Positions 13,528 to 27,045 of a stretch of DNA of 64,000 nucleotides are shown here, piece by piece. Within the stretch, counting starts at the first letter, position 1. Each line of letters begins with the position of its first letter. Below the pieces are notes generated by a model. It searched no databases. It was not told where the DNA came from and worked only from the letters and a program-made list of their open reading frames with translations. The stretch spans positions 84,444,001-84,508,000 of the forward strand of contig OZ024740.1 in assembly GCA_964016885.1 (NCBI GenBank). Reading direction: 5' to 3'. The position numbers were made by a program, and so were the translations under genes. Origin of the DNA: Eledone cirrhosa. Lineage: Eukaryota.

Positions 13528-13760
13528 ATTGAGTTAGAAACTCAAAATAGTCTTTTACAAGTAAATAGCTCAAAGAAGGGAATCTTTCCGAGCCGTGTAA
13601 TATAATTGAATATATGAGAGGGATGAACACCAGTTCAAGTATACATGTGTTCGAATTGTAAATGACAAAGTTAGCTAGGTTGAAAAATACTAATTTAAAA
13701 CAATATGGTTTGCCTGACTCGATTTAAAGTAATAAATCAATAAAAATAACAAACCTATAT
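13528..13760. repeat. Diverged partial copy of the 16393-16912 monomer
   Basis: TTGAGTTAGAAACTCAAA..TAGCTCAA..GCCGTGTAATATAATT shared. Confidence 0.75.
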
Positions 13761-13779
13761 TGGGCAATATATATTTATA

Positions 13780-13875
<96 letters not shown>

Positions 13876-13876
13876 C

Positions 13877-13968
<92 letters not shown>

Positions 13969-14022
13969 ATACATATATATACATATATATAGATAGATAT
14001 ATGAGTGTATGCTTACACACAC

Positions 14023-14064
<42 letters not shown>

Positions 14065-14073
<9 letters not shown>

Positions 14074-15750
14074 GATGATTAACAAGGATAAGCGATATAA
14101 TAGATAACGTTGAAAGAGATAGAAGTTTAAACAATGCAAAATTGACTGTAAGATGAAGTAACGAAAAGTAAAAGTTACCTGCTAATTTTCGTTTTGTTTT
14201 GTTGTTCTTCTTCTTTATCTCTCCAATATTTCGGGACCTAAAACTCCCTTCATCGGGGTTTAAGGAGCCTTCAGTGTATAATGTTCCAATTTCCTCTCTT
14301 TGGAATAAAATTTTGATTTTGTTTAAAATGTTTTCTAAGTCGTTTTCAAGCGTTTTTCGATGGTTACTTCGCTTTCCACGTGAATGACGTCAATAGCCAA
14401 TATAGTATTTTGCGAAATCAATTTTCTTTTTTATATAAGATGTTTGTGTACCTGTGTATGTGTCTTTTTATGTCAAGTACTGTGTGTTGAGTTCTAATCT
14501 ACTATTTATTTGCGGGCTGAGTCGATGTATGAGCAAGGCTTCCTTAATTTTTAAGTTGCCCACACTTATATCACTGGCTTTAATGGTAACGGTAATATAT
14601 TGGTTGATATTTCGACATTTGTCAATGTGTTTTTTTAATGAGGATGCGCGTGTGTTGAGGTGTTCTTTAATACGAGTGTGGAGTGATCGAATCGTGTTCC
14701 CAATGTAGAACTCCTTACATTTGTTGCATTCAATCTGGTACACCACATATGTCCGCTGGCACATACCGGTATCGAGGATTGGGCAATTAGTCAGCGAGAA
14801 TTTATTGTTGTTGTCTCTGGATTGCTTTTGAGACAGATATCCACGGAGTGAAGGGCCGGAGTGTGCTAACTATATGTCCAGTCCTTCTTTGCGGATAGCT
14901 CTGTGGATAGCTGTGGCTATGCTTTCGCTGAAATGTGGTAATTTCATGAAGCAGGTGCTGGAAGTGGTCTTATGTCTGTGGCGCCTTCGATTTTTAAGTC
15001 GATTCATTGTGGATCTTGGACATCCGTTTGTTTTCAGTACATCTATGAAGTGTGCAGTGTGAGTGGTCTGGTCCTCTGTCTTGCTACATGTATTCCGGAT
15101 ACGCGTAAGTTCATTTCTTATGTATCCGGTTTTAGCACCAAAAGGAAGCACTGATATATAAAGCACAAACAGGTCTCTGCTGACAGCTTTCTTATAGATG
15201 TTGGTGTATATAGTATCCGTTACTCTAAGTTGGAAGTACAGCAGAGACAAGGAACCATTTTTATCAGGGTGTTCTGTGGTAAATCGTATGTTGTTATCTG
15301 TGTTTGAAAATGCCGTAGATATTATGTCGGCCTCTTCACAGGATGATGTAAGGATGAGTATATCATCTGTGTATCGGGTGAAGAAAACACAGGAACGGCA
15401 GCTTTTGAGCGCTCGACGTTCCAGTTGATTCATATAAGGTTTTATTCCAAGCATTAACATATGTTTCACCGCTTAATATGCAATTAATCGTCTTGAAACC
15501 GCTATCGTCAATAGTTGATACGTTATTGCAAAATTCGATTTTAAATAGACAAAACAATGCAGTCACTAGGCGAATTATCAAAATATTGATCAGCAACACA
15601 ACGGTTTTATACCAAATAACATAAACATCAAAATGAAAAAAAAAACCGTTGTGTGGCTGACGATAGCGATTTCAAGACATAATTAATTGCCTGTTAATGC
15701 GTGGAATAAAACTCGATTATATCGCTTATCGGTGTTAATCCTCCTTTTAC
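14065..15750 (-). mobile_element. 5'-truncated Penelope-like element with inverted terminal segment
   Basis: RYTDDILIL RT motif (14870-15469); GIY-YIG VVYQIECNKCKEFYIGNT..RIKEH (14468-14764); 14068-14102 is inverted at 15716-15748; HHR-like CCGATGAAGGGA..TCCCGAAA at ~14228-14255 (-). Confidence 0.85.
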
Positions 15751-15916
15751 CAGTTATTGATACTCCAAGAACTACTAAACACGGAACTTTCAGGGATCAA
15801 CCCACCGAAAAGCTAAGTTAGCATCATGTTGTGTCAACTAGCGCCGCATGTCGAAATTCCTCGGTACAGATTACTCGAAACCTTAGATGACTTTAAGCGA
15901 TATCTCATTTCATTTG

Positions 15917-15952
<36 letters not shown>

Positions 15953-16103
15953 ACAATGTTATTCTTCTGTTTTATTGCTTTTGAATAAATTAGTTTTGGA
16001 ATATGTGCTAGAAGTGTAGGTTGTTGATATTGGGAGGAGGTGGGGGGATGATGCTAGCTCACATATTTACTTCCCTACATGTAAACATACATACAGCCCA
16101 TAT

Positions 16104-16238
<135 letters not shown>

Positions 16239-16322
16239 AGTTATTCCGGGTTGAATCGGAGGTAACCACAGTAAGTAAGGTACTCAATACATAGCAGAGT
16301 ATAAAAGTTTTAATATAGAAGA

Positions 16323-16371
16323 GATTCTACAGGACTAGAACTGTTTCATTCGTGAGAAATCATCAGGAATC
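16323..16371 (-). ncRNA. Type I hammerhead, canonical core
   Basis: GATTC-CTGATGA-tTTCtcacGAAt-GAAA-CAGttctagtcCTG-TA-GAATC; mutated copy (CTGATCA) at 50461-50505 (+). Confidence 0.65.
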
Positions 16372-16392
16372 AGATATATATATATATCTATA

Positions 16393-17249
16393 TCAAAAGT
16401 ATATATTGAGTTAGAAACTCAAAGTAATCCCTTACAATTAAAATAGCTCAAGGAAAAATTTTTCCGGGCCGTGTAATATAATTCGATATAATAAAGAGAG
16501 ACCAACACAGATATATACATATATGTGTTCAAATCATAAGGGACCAGATTCTCTAGGGTGAAAACGATACTAACTATGAACAATACGGTTTGCCAGACGT
16601 AATTAAAAGAATAAATTAAGAAAAAGTACAAACCGAATTTGACAACTATCAAATACACATCCAGACAGTCTTTGGCAAAACTGTTTCGCATCAAGGGAAG
16701 GTAATTACCAATTCAATTGCTCGTCAGTGGATGTACGAATTAGTAAACCCTTCGCTTCTAGGTTTCCTAGAAGACTAAACGAGGCTCGTGTTTAGAATAA
16801 CACCCATGGTATTCAGTGCCTAGCGTGTCTTGTAAAACGTATGCTACTAAAAATAGCAGCCAGGTTTACTCGACATTTAAAAAAGCTCTACAAATTCAAG
16901 GAGCCGATTTATGCAAAGTATATATTGAGTTAGAAACTCAAAGTAATCCCTTACAATTAAAATAGCTCAAGGAAAACATTTTTCAGGGCTGTGTAATATA
17001 ATTCAATATAATAAAGAGAGACCAACACAGATATATACCTATATGTGTTCAAATCATAAGGGACCAGATTCTCTAGGGTGAAAACGATACTAACTATGAA
17101 CAATACGGTTTGCCAGACTCAATTAAAAGAATAAATTAAGAAAAAGTACAAACCGAATTTTAATACCCTATTCACCCTAGTGAATCTGGTCCCTTATGAT
17201 TTGAACACATATAGGTATATATCTGTGTTTGTCTCTCTTTATTATATTG

Positions 17250-17258
<9 letters not shown>
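16393..17258. mobile_element. ~520 bp HHR-bearing monomer: ~1.5 tandem copies plus inverted partial
   Basis: 16393-16640 recurs at 16913-17160; 17172-17255 is its reverse complement; (TA)n flanks. Confidence 0.85.
16657..16734 (-). ncRNA. Canonical type I hammerhead ribozyme
   Basis: ACATCCA-CTGACGA-GCA..TGC-GAAA-CAGTTTTgccaAAGACTG-TC-TGGATGT: 7 bp stem I, stable stem III, GUC site. Confidence 0.85.
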
Positions 17259-17288
<30 letters not shown>

Positions 17289-17433
17289 TATAAAAATATA
17301 TATATGTATGTATGTATATATACTTACACATATATATATATACACATACATACACACATATATCCACATATCCACACATATATATACACATACATACACA
17401 CATATATACATATATCCACACATATATGCATAC

Positions 17434-17572
<139 letters not shown>

Positions 17573-17679
17573 CAATTAAAGAGAGTTAGTTGGTTTACAA
17601 TCAGCCGAATTTATATAACAGAAGTGAAGCACTCAACGGTATATGTTTATACGGAGTTTTGTTATAATAAGTGTATCTA

Positions 17680-18415
17680 TTTTAGGCACAAGGCCAGCAA
17701 TTACCCAGGACATTACTGGTACTTTATTTTATCGACCCCATAAGGATGAAAGGCAAAGTTAAACTCGGCGGGATTTGAACTCAGATCATAAAGGGACGTA
17801 ACTCTATGGTTATAATAATTGTTTCTACTTTTGGCACAAGGCCAGCAATTACCCAATGCATTACTGGTACTTTATTCTATCGACCCCGGAAGGATGAAAG
17901 CCAAAGTTAACCTCGGCGGGATTTGAACTCAGATCATACAGGGAGGTAACTCTATGCTTCAAAGCATGGCATCCGATCCTCTACCGATACTGCCAATCCA
18001 CCGCCTTATAATGCTTATAATAATTGTTTCTACTTTTTGGCACAAGGCCAGCAATTACCCAGTATATTACTGGTACTTTATTTTATCGACCCCGTAAGGA
18101 TGAAAGCCAAAGTTAACCTCGGCGGGATTTGAACTCAGATCATACAGGGAGGTAACTCTATGCTTCAAAGCATGGCATCCGATCCTCTACCGATACTGCC
18201 AATCCACCGCCTTATAATGCTTATAATAATTGTTTCTACTTTTTGGCACAAGGCCAGCAATTACCCAGTATATTACTGGTACTTTATTTTATCGACCCCG
18301 TAAGGATGAAAGGCAAAGTTAACCTCGGCGGGATTTGAACTCAGATCGTAAAGGGACGTAACTCTTTTCGTCAGGCATGGCGTCCGACCCTCTACTGATA
18401 CTGCCAATCCATCAT
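17680..18415 (-). mobile_element. Four tandem SINE copies
   Basis: Units ~17680-17808, 17812-18006, 18018-18211, 18222-18415, partly joined by TTATAATGCTTATAATAAT. Confidence 0.9.
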
Positions 18416-18494
18416 TCCTTTATATATATAATGCTTATAATAATAATAAACAAAAAGGACTGTTACTTAATTCCATATATATATACACATACAT

Positions 18495-18580
<86 letters not shown>

Positions 18581-18584
18581 GTGT

Positions 18585-18684
<100 letters not shown>

Positions 18685-18704
18685 ATATATATATATATAT
18701 ACAG

Positions 18705-19653
18705 ATTAAAGTTTAAGCAAAGAATCGCTGCTTTCACCCTTAACGGGATCTTCTGAAACTAACAAAGTCAATCTGTAAACGCAGAAGTGGATATTTCAAA
18801 AAACGTAGCAACCGGAGGAAGACAGGAAGACGATACTTTGGTTCGTGGAAACGTTCCCATCAAAGAACGGGATAAAACGAATAATACGTCATAAATAGGA
18901 GCGGTGAAAAACAATTACGCGCAAAGACAAAACCACGTTTATGGTATAAAAGAGGTCGTAGACTAATGTTCTCTTAGGTGGTTCATAGAGACGTTCTCTG
19001 GCAATGAACGAAAAAAACGAAGATAGTACGTCATATGTGGAGCGTGGAGAACAATTGCACGCAAAGACAAAACCACGTAAATGGTATAGCTGAAGTCCTA
19101 GACTAAAATTCTAACTAGGAGACCGAATGAATCTCCGCTTCAGAGTTAAGAACAAAGTAAATAAATACAATACAGAGGTAATAGAAATTAAATAAATACA
19201 TACACGCATACAAATACGTACATACATAAGCATACGCGAAAACACTTACCATAGGTATATAAAACCACGCACATATAAATATGTGTGTGCGTATGCGTGT
19301 ATACAAATAAATACGCTCCACATATGACGTACTATCTTCGTTTTTTTCGTTCATTGCCAGAGAACGTCTCTATGAACCACCTAAGAGAACATTAGTCTAC
19401 GACCTCTTTTATACCATAAACGTGGTTCTGTCTTTGCGCGTAATTGTTTTTCACCGCTCCTATTTATGACGTATTATTCGTTTTTTCCCGTTCTTTGATG
19501 GGAACGTTTCCACGAACCAAAGTATCGTCTTCCTGTCTTCCTCCGGTTGCAACGTTTTTTGAAATATCCACTTCTGCGTTTACAGATTGACTTTGTTAGT
19601 TTCAGAAGATCCCGTTAAGGGTGAAAGCAGCGATTCTTTGCTTAAACTTTAAT
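18705..19653. repeat. Fold-back element with ~340 bp near-perfect arms, embedded in (TA)n
   Basis: 18705-19043 is the reverse complement of 19313-19653; terminus also at 2449-2495. Confidence 0.9.
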
Positions 19654-19700
19654 ATATGTATGTATGTGTATATATATATTGAATAAAGTAAGCCCTTTTT

Positions 19701-19756
<56 letters not shown>

Positions 19757-20361
19757 GTGTGTGTAAGCATATATACGGTCATGTATAGCCCACTCCTCTA
19801 AACATAATTTTTCCAGAGAAAAAGAAAGAGTGACAGAGGAAGTATGAACAACAGTAATTGTTGATCTACGTAGAATTCGGAGATCAAAGCGCAAAACATT
19901 TTTCTCTGTTATTTTCTTGTTAAATTCTATTTGAAAGCAAAGCAATCAAACCTTTCTATCTTTTGAATATTTAGAATTTAATATTTCCCACTCATCCCAT
20001 AAATTGATCGATTAGGCAAAAGTAAACATTGTCTCACCGAAGTAAACTTTACCTTTCATCTTTTCGGTGTTGATGAAGAAAATACCAGCTATGTGCTGGT
20101 GCAACATTATTTTCATCCAGTTATCATATCCTGAATGGATGACGGGTGTGCGGGTCCAAAGGGCGTCTACTCGTGAGTTCACCTAAAATCCCTAGTGAAA
20201 GCATGATGCATACTACTAGATCATACACGATTGCGAGTGACGGCTCGTTTTTGTTTACTTCATGTCCACATCATAGAGAAATATACAAATTAAAAGTAAA
20301 TTATTCATTGTTATTATATTTAAGCAATTGTGTTCCTTTCAAATTAGGAACATGGGAATAG

Positions 20362-20555
20362 CAGACCTGCCAACCTCTAAAAACCCAAACGGAGAGTACC
20401 ATGAAAAATGTGCCCGAAAACGAGGAGAAATTAGGCAAAATGGGGAAATTTTACATAATGAAAGCTATACCCATTTTCACAAGAGAAGACATTTCTCGCC
20501 CACCCCAAAGTGGGTGGGAGATAGCTCCGTCCGACAGGAAGAGTTGACAAGTCTG
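20362..20555. mobile_element. Possible hAT-type MITE
   Basis: Imperfect TIR CAGACCTGCCAAC / GTTGACAAGTCTG; no clear TSD. Confidence 0.4.
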
Positions 20556-20820
20556 GAAGAATGAAAGGCAATGAGACAAAATTGCGCAGATAGAATTATT
20601 ACTTTACAGCGTAGGCAACGTAATTTCCTTTTCTGCAAAGATAAGTACATATAAATCAGGATTAAATTCAGGAGTCGTGGATCGTTTTTTCCTCAATATC
20701 TTATTTGTTTGCGGATGAGCCTTACTTTACGTTAATTTGTGTTATAAAACGAGAAAGGTGAACAGTTATGTATGTATATCCAATGTATGCATATATGTAT
20801 ATATGTATGTATGTATGAAT

Positions 20821-20861
<41 letters not shown>

Positions 20862-21543
20862 TGTATATGTATGCGTGTATTTGGTCGTCAAGTATGAAAT
20901 TTGTAGAAATTTATTGAAATAAAACAAATGTCTATAAATTTCATACTTGACGACACAATATATGTGTGTATGCATGAATACCTATGCATAAACCTGATTG
21001 CTTTTAAACATATTCATGCATATTTAACTATATGTCCCTTGAAACTTTCTAGCTAGAAACACAATCAACCATGCACATCACACATATTTTCAACAGCGCC
21101 ACATGGCGGAACAGCTAGATTTCCTTTTCAACAGAACGCAAGAAGGCAGCCAAACGAGTAAAATATTTTTCACATCTTTGAGCTCGTATGGTTTATGAAC
21201 TCTCTTCAAATTCTCCTAACTTTCCTAAGATGTTCCCAACCATAAGTAAAGCTTCGGTTTTGATGTATTCCATTGGCCATCTTGTAGATCACAATAGAAC
21301 GCTCGCGTTGTGAGACATGAATAGCCAATACAAAAGCAACACAATAACACCGCAGATAATACTTTTATTTATTATCAGAATTTCAATACTCACTGGCCTT
21401 GCTCACTGAATAACTTCAGTATTTAGAGAGTGGAACCTCAAGTAAATAAGAAAATATGTCAAATTACTGGGCATGGTGTTTTTTGTGTAATAGCAGCGGT
21501 CGTTATATTGTGAAGTGTATCCGGATGCAGTAAAAGCTCGTAC

Positions 21544-22415
21544 ATGTCAGCTGTGGTTAAAAAGATTGAAAGGTGGGGATTAAGACTCGACAAGCCTTGT
21601 TCCAGAAGACGACCCACGCTGAATAATGACCTTTTGAATGAGATAATTGTATCGGATCCACGTCAAAGAAACAGAGATTTGGCGCATAAATGTTCAACTA
21701 TCCACGAACATCTCAAGCAAATTGGGAATACATACAAAGAAGGATTTCTAGTTCCACGTGAGCTTACGCTTGAGAACCGAACACAACGTTCCTATATCTG
21801 CAGCCGTCTACTAATCAGGAATAACCACCTATCATTTCTGCAGCGCACAGGTGATGAAAAATTGGTTTTACATCACAACATAAAACGAAAAAACAATGGT
21901 TATCACGTAATGAAAGGTTAGTGCCAAGACCGAAACCAGAATTCCATCCACAAAAATTCTTGCTCAGTGTTTGGTGAAGCATGAAAGATATCGTCCATTA
22001 CGAGTTACTGGAACATAGAAGTACCATCAATGTAGATGTCTATTACCAACAACTTAATCGTGTAAATGGAAAATTACATCGAAAATTTCCTGCTTTGGTA
22101 AACAGAAAATATGTTATTCTCCAGCATGACAATGCACGTCCACACCCTGCAAAAAAGAATTAAGATCTTTAGGATGGGAAGTTCTTAAAAATCCTCCATA
22201 CTCACTTGACTTAGCACCTACGGATTTCCATCTGTTCCAGTCATTAGAACATTTTATAAGAGGCAAAACATTCACAAACAGGGACGGGGTTGAATATGGA
22301 CATTTAGACTTTCTTTTCAGAAAAAGAAATAGGTTTCTTTGAAAATAACATAAAAAGGTTGCGTTCCCGTTGGGCTGCAGTCGTTGAAAACGATGGTGAT
22401 TACATTCTTGATAAA
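21544..22415 (+). pseudogene. Mariner (DD34D) transposase pseudogene
   Basis: TGDEK, LQHDNARPH and PPYSLDLAPTDFHLF motifs across frameshifts and stops. Confidence 0.9.
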
Positions 22416-22559
22416 AGAATTATTCAGATTATTAGTTTATATTAGTTTTAATATACTCTCTCTATTTCTTACTATAGTATTAGCACATATATTTCTGTCA
22501 TATGTAGACTTAGCACTTTCCTATAAACAAGTGCTATTATGTCTCATATCATTGTACCT

Positions 22560-22631
22560 TATTTTTTACTTGAAGAGAACACAACATCTGTTCCAGGATG
22601 ATTTTGTATTTGAAATACGTATAATAAAATA
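22560..22631 (+). ncRNA. Minimal HHR-like motif in pLTR (also 26478-26549; relative at 43731-43801)
   Basis: TTGAAGA or CTGATAA core, long stem II, GAAA-TACGTA or TGCGCA palindrome-TA-ATAAAATA. Confidence 0.6.
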
Positions 22632-23249
22632 TATGGAACTCTTATAACCATCTTTATTTCATCTTTATTATATATACTCCAGTTCTACCAACTGTTTGAG
22701 TGCTACCTATCTTATTTATGCATAGTTTTAATTGTTCTACAATATTACTCACCTTCTATATTAACTTGCTCCTTGATTGTTTGAGCGCTAACTCTTATAT
22801 CGGATACTATTGATGGTCTCTACTTCTATTAAAACATGGATTACTACAGCATCACAAATTCACTTAAATACATACCTATACCGGGAAAAACTGAATACAC
22901 AAAACTTTTGATAGAAAAAACGGACTCTTTCGTGCGGAGGCTTAGATAGATCGCTCATTTCCATGACCAGCACTTAAAAGGAAATTTTTATAGAAAGGAA
23001 CCTAATAATCTCGATTCATTATTTAACTCCAGAAGAAATCCTCCCTTTAATAAAAACTTAGCACATTTTGAAAAGGAATTAACTAAAATTATACGAGGAC
23101 TTAAATTCAAAAGAAACCTTTATCGAGGCCAGGGACACCTTATCAACCTTAAGAATAAAATTAATGACCTTAATTCTTCTAAAAACGTATTAGTTCATTC
23201 TGACAAAACAAATAATTTATATGGCATAAGTAAGGATAAATATAATAAC

Positions 23250-23411
23250 TGTTTCTACGTTAGACAAAAGGCCAGCAATTACCCAGTGTATTACTGGTAC
23301 ATTATTTTATCGACCCAGTAAGGATGAAAGGCAAAGTTAACCTCGGCGGGATTTGAACTCAGAATGGCAAGGGCCGTAACTCTATGCGTCAAAGCATGGC
23401 GTCCGACCCTC
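23250..23411 (-). mobile_element. 5'-truncated SINE in PLE ORF
   Basis: TSD TAAATATAATAAC. Confidence 0.9.
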
Positions 23412-23606
23412 TAAATATAATAACCTTATCCTTAAGGAACTAAGAAAAAATTATCGTAAAACTACGCACGATAATCTGGATTCTATCAATAGAGACGCAT
23501 ATGAGATAATAACCAACCTCGGAATTGAGAAAAAAAAACAGAACCCTTTTTCCCAAGAACTCCGAGGATTAGTCTGAAGGATCATAAAAGAAATTTTCGA
23601 ACGGAC

Positions 23607-24791
23607 ATGCCTGTAAGACTAATTGCCCCTTCTAAGTCTGACTTACGGGTTGGTAGTAAATCCATCTTGGGTAGAATTATCCCACAGGTTAAGAATAAAT
23701 CTCAACTAAATTTATGGTTGGGTTCATCTGAAGTAATAGACTGGTCCAATGACCTAAAAAATAAAACCAAACTGAAATGTATTCAATTAGACATTGCTAG
23801 CTATTACTCTTCTATTTCTCCTTCACTCCTAAACAAGGCTCTCTCATATGCTTTAAAATATACGGACATTACTAGTGATGAAATAAACATCATTCTCACC
23901 GCTAGGAAAACCATTTTAGAATTTAAGAACGAATATTGGACAAGAGCGGGTACTTTTAACAATTTCGACATCACCATGGGTTCTTCGGATTCAGCTCAAC
24001 TGACCGACTTAGTTGGAATTTTCGTCTTGAATTCTTTAAACCGGAAATTACCCCTACTTTGCGGTGGGATTTATCGTGATGATGCTCTCTTTACTGACTC
24101 TAATTGTAACACTGTAAACTTTAATTTACTTAAGAAAAAAATACTTGATCTATTTAAGCATCTTAACTTAAAAATTGAATTCGAGAATAATCATAAACTA
24201 GCAAATTTCCTTGATATATCCCTTAATCTAGATACCGGCCTATATTACCCATATCATAAGGATAATGAGAACTTAAATTACGTTAATTTTAAATCTAACC
24301 ACCCTAATAACGTTAAAACTGCCATAGTCAAAACCGTAGAAAAAAGAATTTCTAATTTATCCTCTAATAAGAATATCTTCGAAGCTAATGCCAACTATTA
24401 TAATAATGTGCTATCTAGGGCTGGATATCTGGACAAAATTAGGTATACTAAAGAACATAATCTTGGCAGTGGTTATAATAACTCTAGTAATGTAGCTAGT
24501 AATAATCATACTGATAACAAAAGGAGGAGACCTAGATATAAAAATATCCTTTGGTACAACGCTCCCTTCTCTCTTTCCGTTATTAATAATATCCCTAAAT
24601 TATTTTTAGGGCATTACATAACAGCTTCCCTCCTTCACATATATATAGCAAGATTTTCAATAGGCATACTATTAAATTCTCGTATTCTACTACTTCGAAC
24701 ATTTCAAAGGTTATCTCAAGACATAATTCTTAAATATTTAATAATAACTCATATGCATCCAACCATGAGAGTCATGGTAATAACAGTATAA
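23607..24791 (+). pseudogene. PLE reverse transcriptase (disrupted ORF)
   Basis: QLDIASYYSSI, DITMGS, GIYRDD and NFLDISL motifs. Confidence 0.9.
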
Positions 24792-24856
24792 GGTCCGACG
24801 TCAATGTAAACTCTAGGCAAAATAACACAAGTATAAATACGACGTCAAACGGAACT

Positions 24857-25420
24857 TTGAGGAATGCATTAAATAGTAATGTAAATCTAGAAACTTTAGT
24901 ACCTCCTTTAGTTAATTCCACCACTCCTGATGCTGATATAATTAATCCTGGGCCACTTGCCAATAACTCTGTAAATAATCTTAATCGTAAATGCAACTTC
25001 CCTATTAGAACTAATTGTCCTCTTAGTAATTTCTCTCTCGATAAAAACCTAGTATACGAATGTAAAGTGGTAACTACTATCAATTCCTATACCTACATTG
25101 GCTCTACTTCTACCTCCTTTAAAGCAATATTCTATAATCATTCTTCTACGTTTAAATCTCCACTTAAAAAGACCAGCACCGCACTCTCAGAACTTATTTG
25201 GTCCTTAAAAGACAAAAACATAAATTAAGAAATTTCTTGGCATAAAATCTACAACGCATCTCCATACTCCAATGCTTCCATATCTAGTGTTTGTAATTTA
25301 TGTCTAGCAGAAACATTTTCCATTATCTCGAAGTTCAACACAATAATAAATTGAAGAACCGATTTATTTGGACTTTGTAATCATAAATCCTACAAGACCT
25401 TTCACAAAGTATATAGCTGA
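24857..25420 (+). pseudogene. PLE GIY-YIG endonuclease (disrupted)
   Basis: NCPL..LVYECKV..YTYIGST..TALSELIW, then CNLCLAE. Confidence 0.85.
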
Positions 25421-25834
25421 TGTCCTATAACATATTCCTCGCGTCACTGTTATCCTTACACATCTTTCATTTTATTCTACAATGTATTATTTTGGTTTTC
25501 TCATTATATATTAAGCCCTTGGTCTTCTTTTGTATAGCCTTAGATTTTCGCTCAAACCTTCGTAGATTTTGTAAACAAAAGATGACGTCATATTATAATA
25601 GATTTTCTCTACGGTTTTCTACGTTTATAAATCCTTCTAACAATTTCCTTTATTTACTTGAAGTTATAAAATAAAACTTAAATAGTATACCCCCACATAT
25701 ATATTTTTACTAGAAATTGTTAACTTCGACATAGATAGACTATTTTTATTTTATAAAAATCTTTTTATATTTATTTTATTAATACATTTTTACACTTCTT
25801 AAACCAATTTTTAGTATTTAAACCCAATATAAAA

Positions 25835-26023
25835 TAATTGTTTCTACTTTAGGCACAAGGCCAGCAATTACCCAGTGCATTAGTGGTACTTTATTTTATC
25901 GACCCCGTAAGGATGAAAGGCAAAGTCAACCTCAGCGGGATTTGAACTAAGATCGTAAAGAGACGTAACTATGCTGGAAAGCATGGCGTCCGACCCTCTA
26001 CCGATACTGCCAATCCACCGCCC
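25835..26023 (-). mobile_element. SINE copy
   Basis: Family sequence; TSD TATAAAATAAT. Confidence 0.9.
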
Positions 26024-26277
26024 TACATTATAAAATAATATACCCAGTTTCTATATTTAGACCTCTAATATTTGAATACGTTCTATAATATTCGCACATA
26101 TACCTCATCAATTTATTTTTTAACCGTTATTTACAGCTGTTTTCAATTTGACAGCGTCCCTGATCAATAAAACTATGCAATTTATTATACTTATTGACCA
26201 ACCAATCAAATTACTTCTTTAAAAACCTGGCGTTTTGAGCCACTTTTTTCCATATATTCTCTTCTTCTTCCTCTTCT

Positions 26278-26311
<34 letters not shown>

Positions 26312-26670
26312 TCTTTTTTCTTTCTTCTCTTTCTTTTTCCTTTCTTTTCTTCTTCTTTCCTTTTCTTCTCTTTTCCTTTCTATTTGTTACTATGGTATTA
26401 ACACATATATTTCTGTCATATGTAGACTTAGCACTTTCCTATAAACAAGTGCTATTATGTCTCATATCATTGTACCTTATTTTTTACTTGAAGAGAACAC
26501 AACATCTGTCCCAGGATGATTTTGTATTCGAAATACGTATAATAAAATATATGGAACTCTTATAACCATCTTTATTTCATCTTTATTATATATACTCCAG
26601 TTCTACCAACTGTTTGAGTGCTACTTATCTGATTTATGCATAGTTTTATTGTTCTACAATATTACTCACT

Positions 26671-26834
<164 letters not shown>

Positions 26835-27012
26835 GCATCCAGGCAACCTTACTACAAATATATATATATATATATATTAGAAAGTGAGGAGTTTTTTACA
26901 AAATGAAAAATAACCGGTGTCCTACACGGGTGAAAGTATAAAGAAAAAAAGATGAAATCGAAAATACAACTGGAGTCTTATTTTAAAAAAGATATATATA
27001 TTTATTTGGTTC

Positions 27013-27045
27013 CTTTACCGGTTTCGCAGTTCTGCTTTTCAAAAG
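27013..27045 (-). ncRNA. Minimal HHR, U3-A8 core variant
   Basis: CTT-TTGAAAA-GCAgaacTGC-like stem II-GAAA-CCGG-TA-AAG at the PLE 3' end. Confidence 0.55.

Larger units (their letters stand above)
22461..26669 (+). mobile_element. Near full-length Penelope-like element with direct pseudo-LTRs
   Basis: Direct repeats 22461-22752 and 26379-26669; ORF remnant from ~22836; RT and GIY-YIG; two SINE insertions. Confidence 0.92.
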
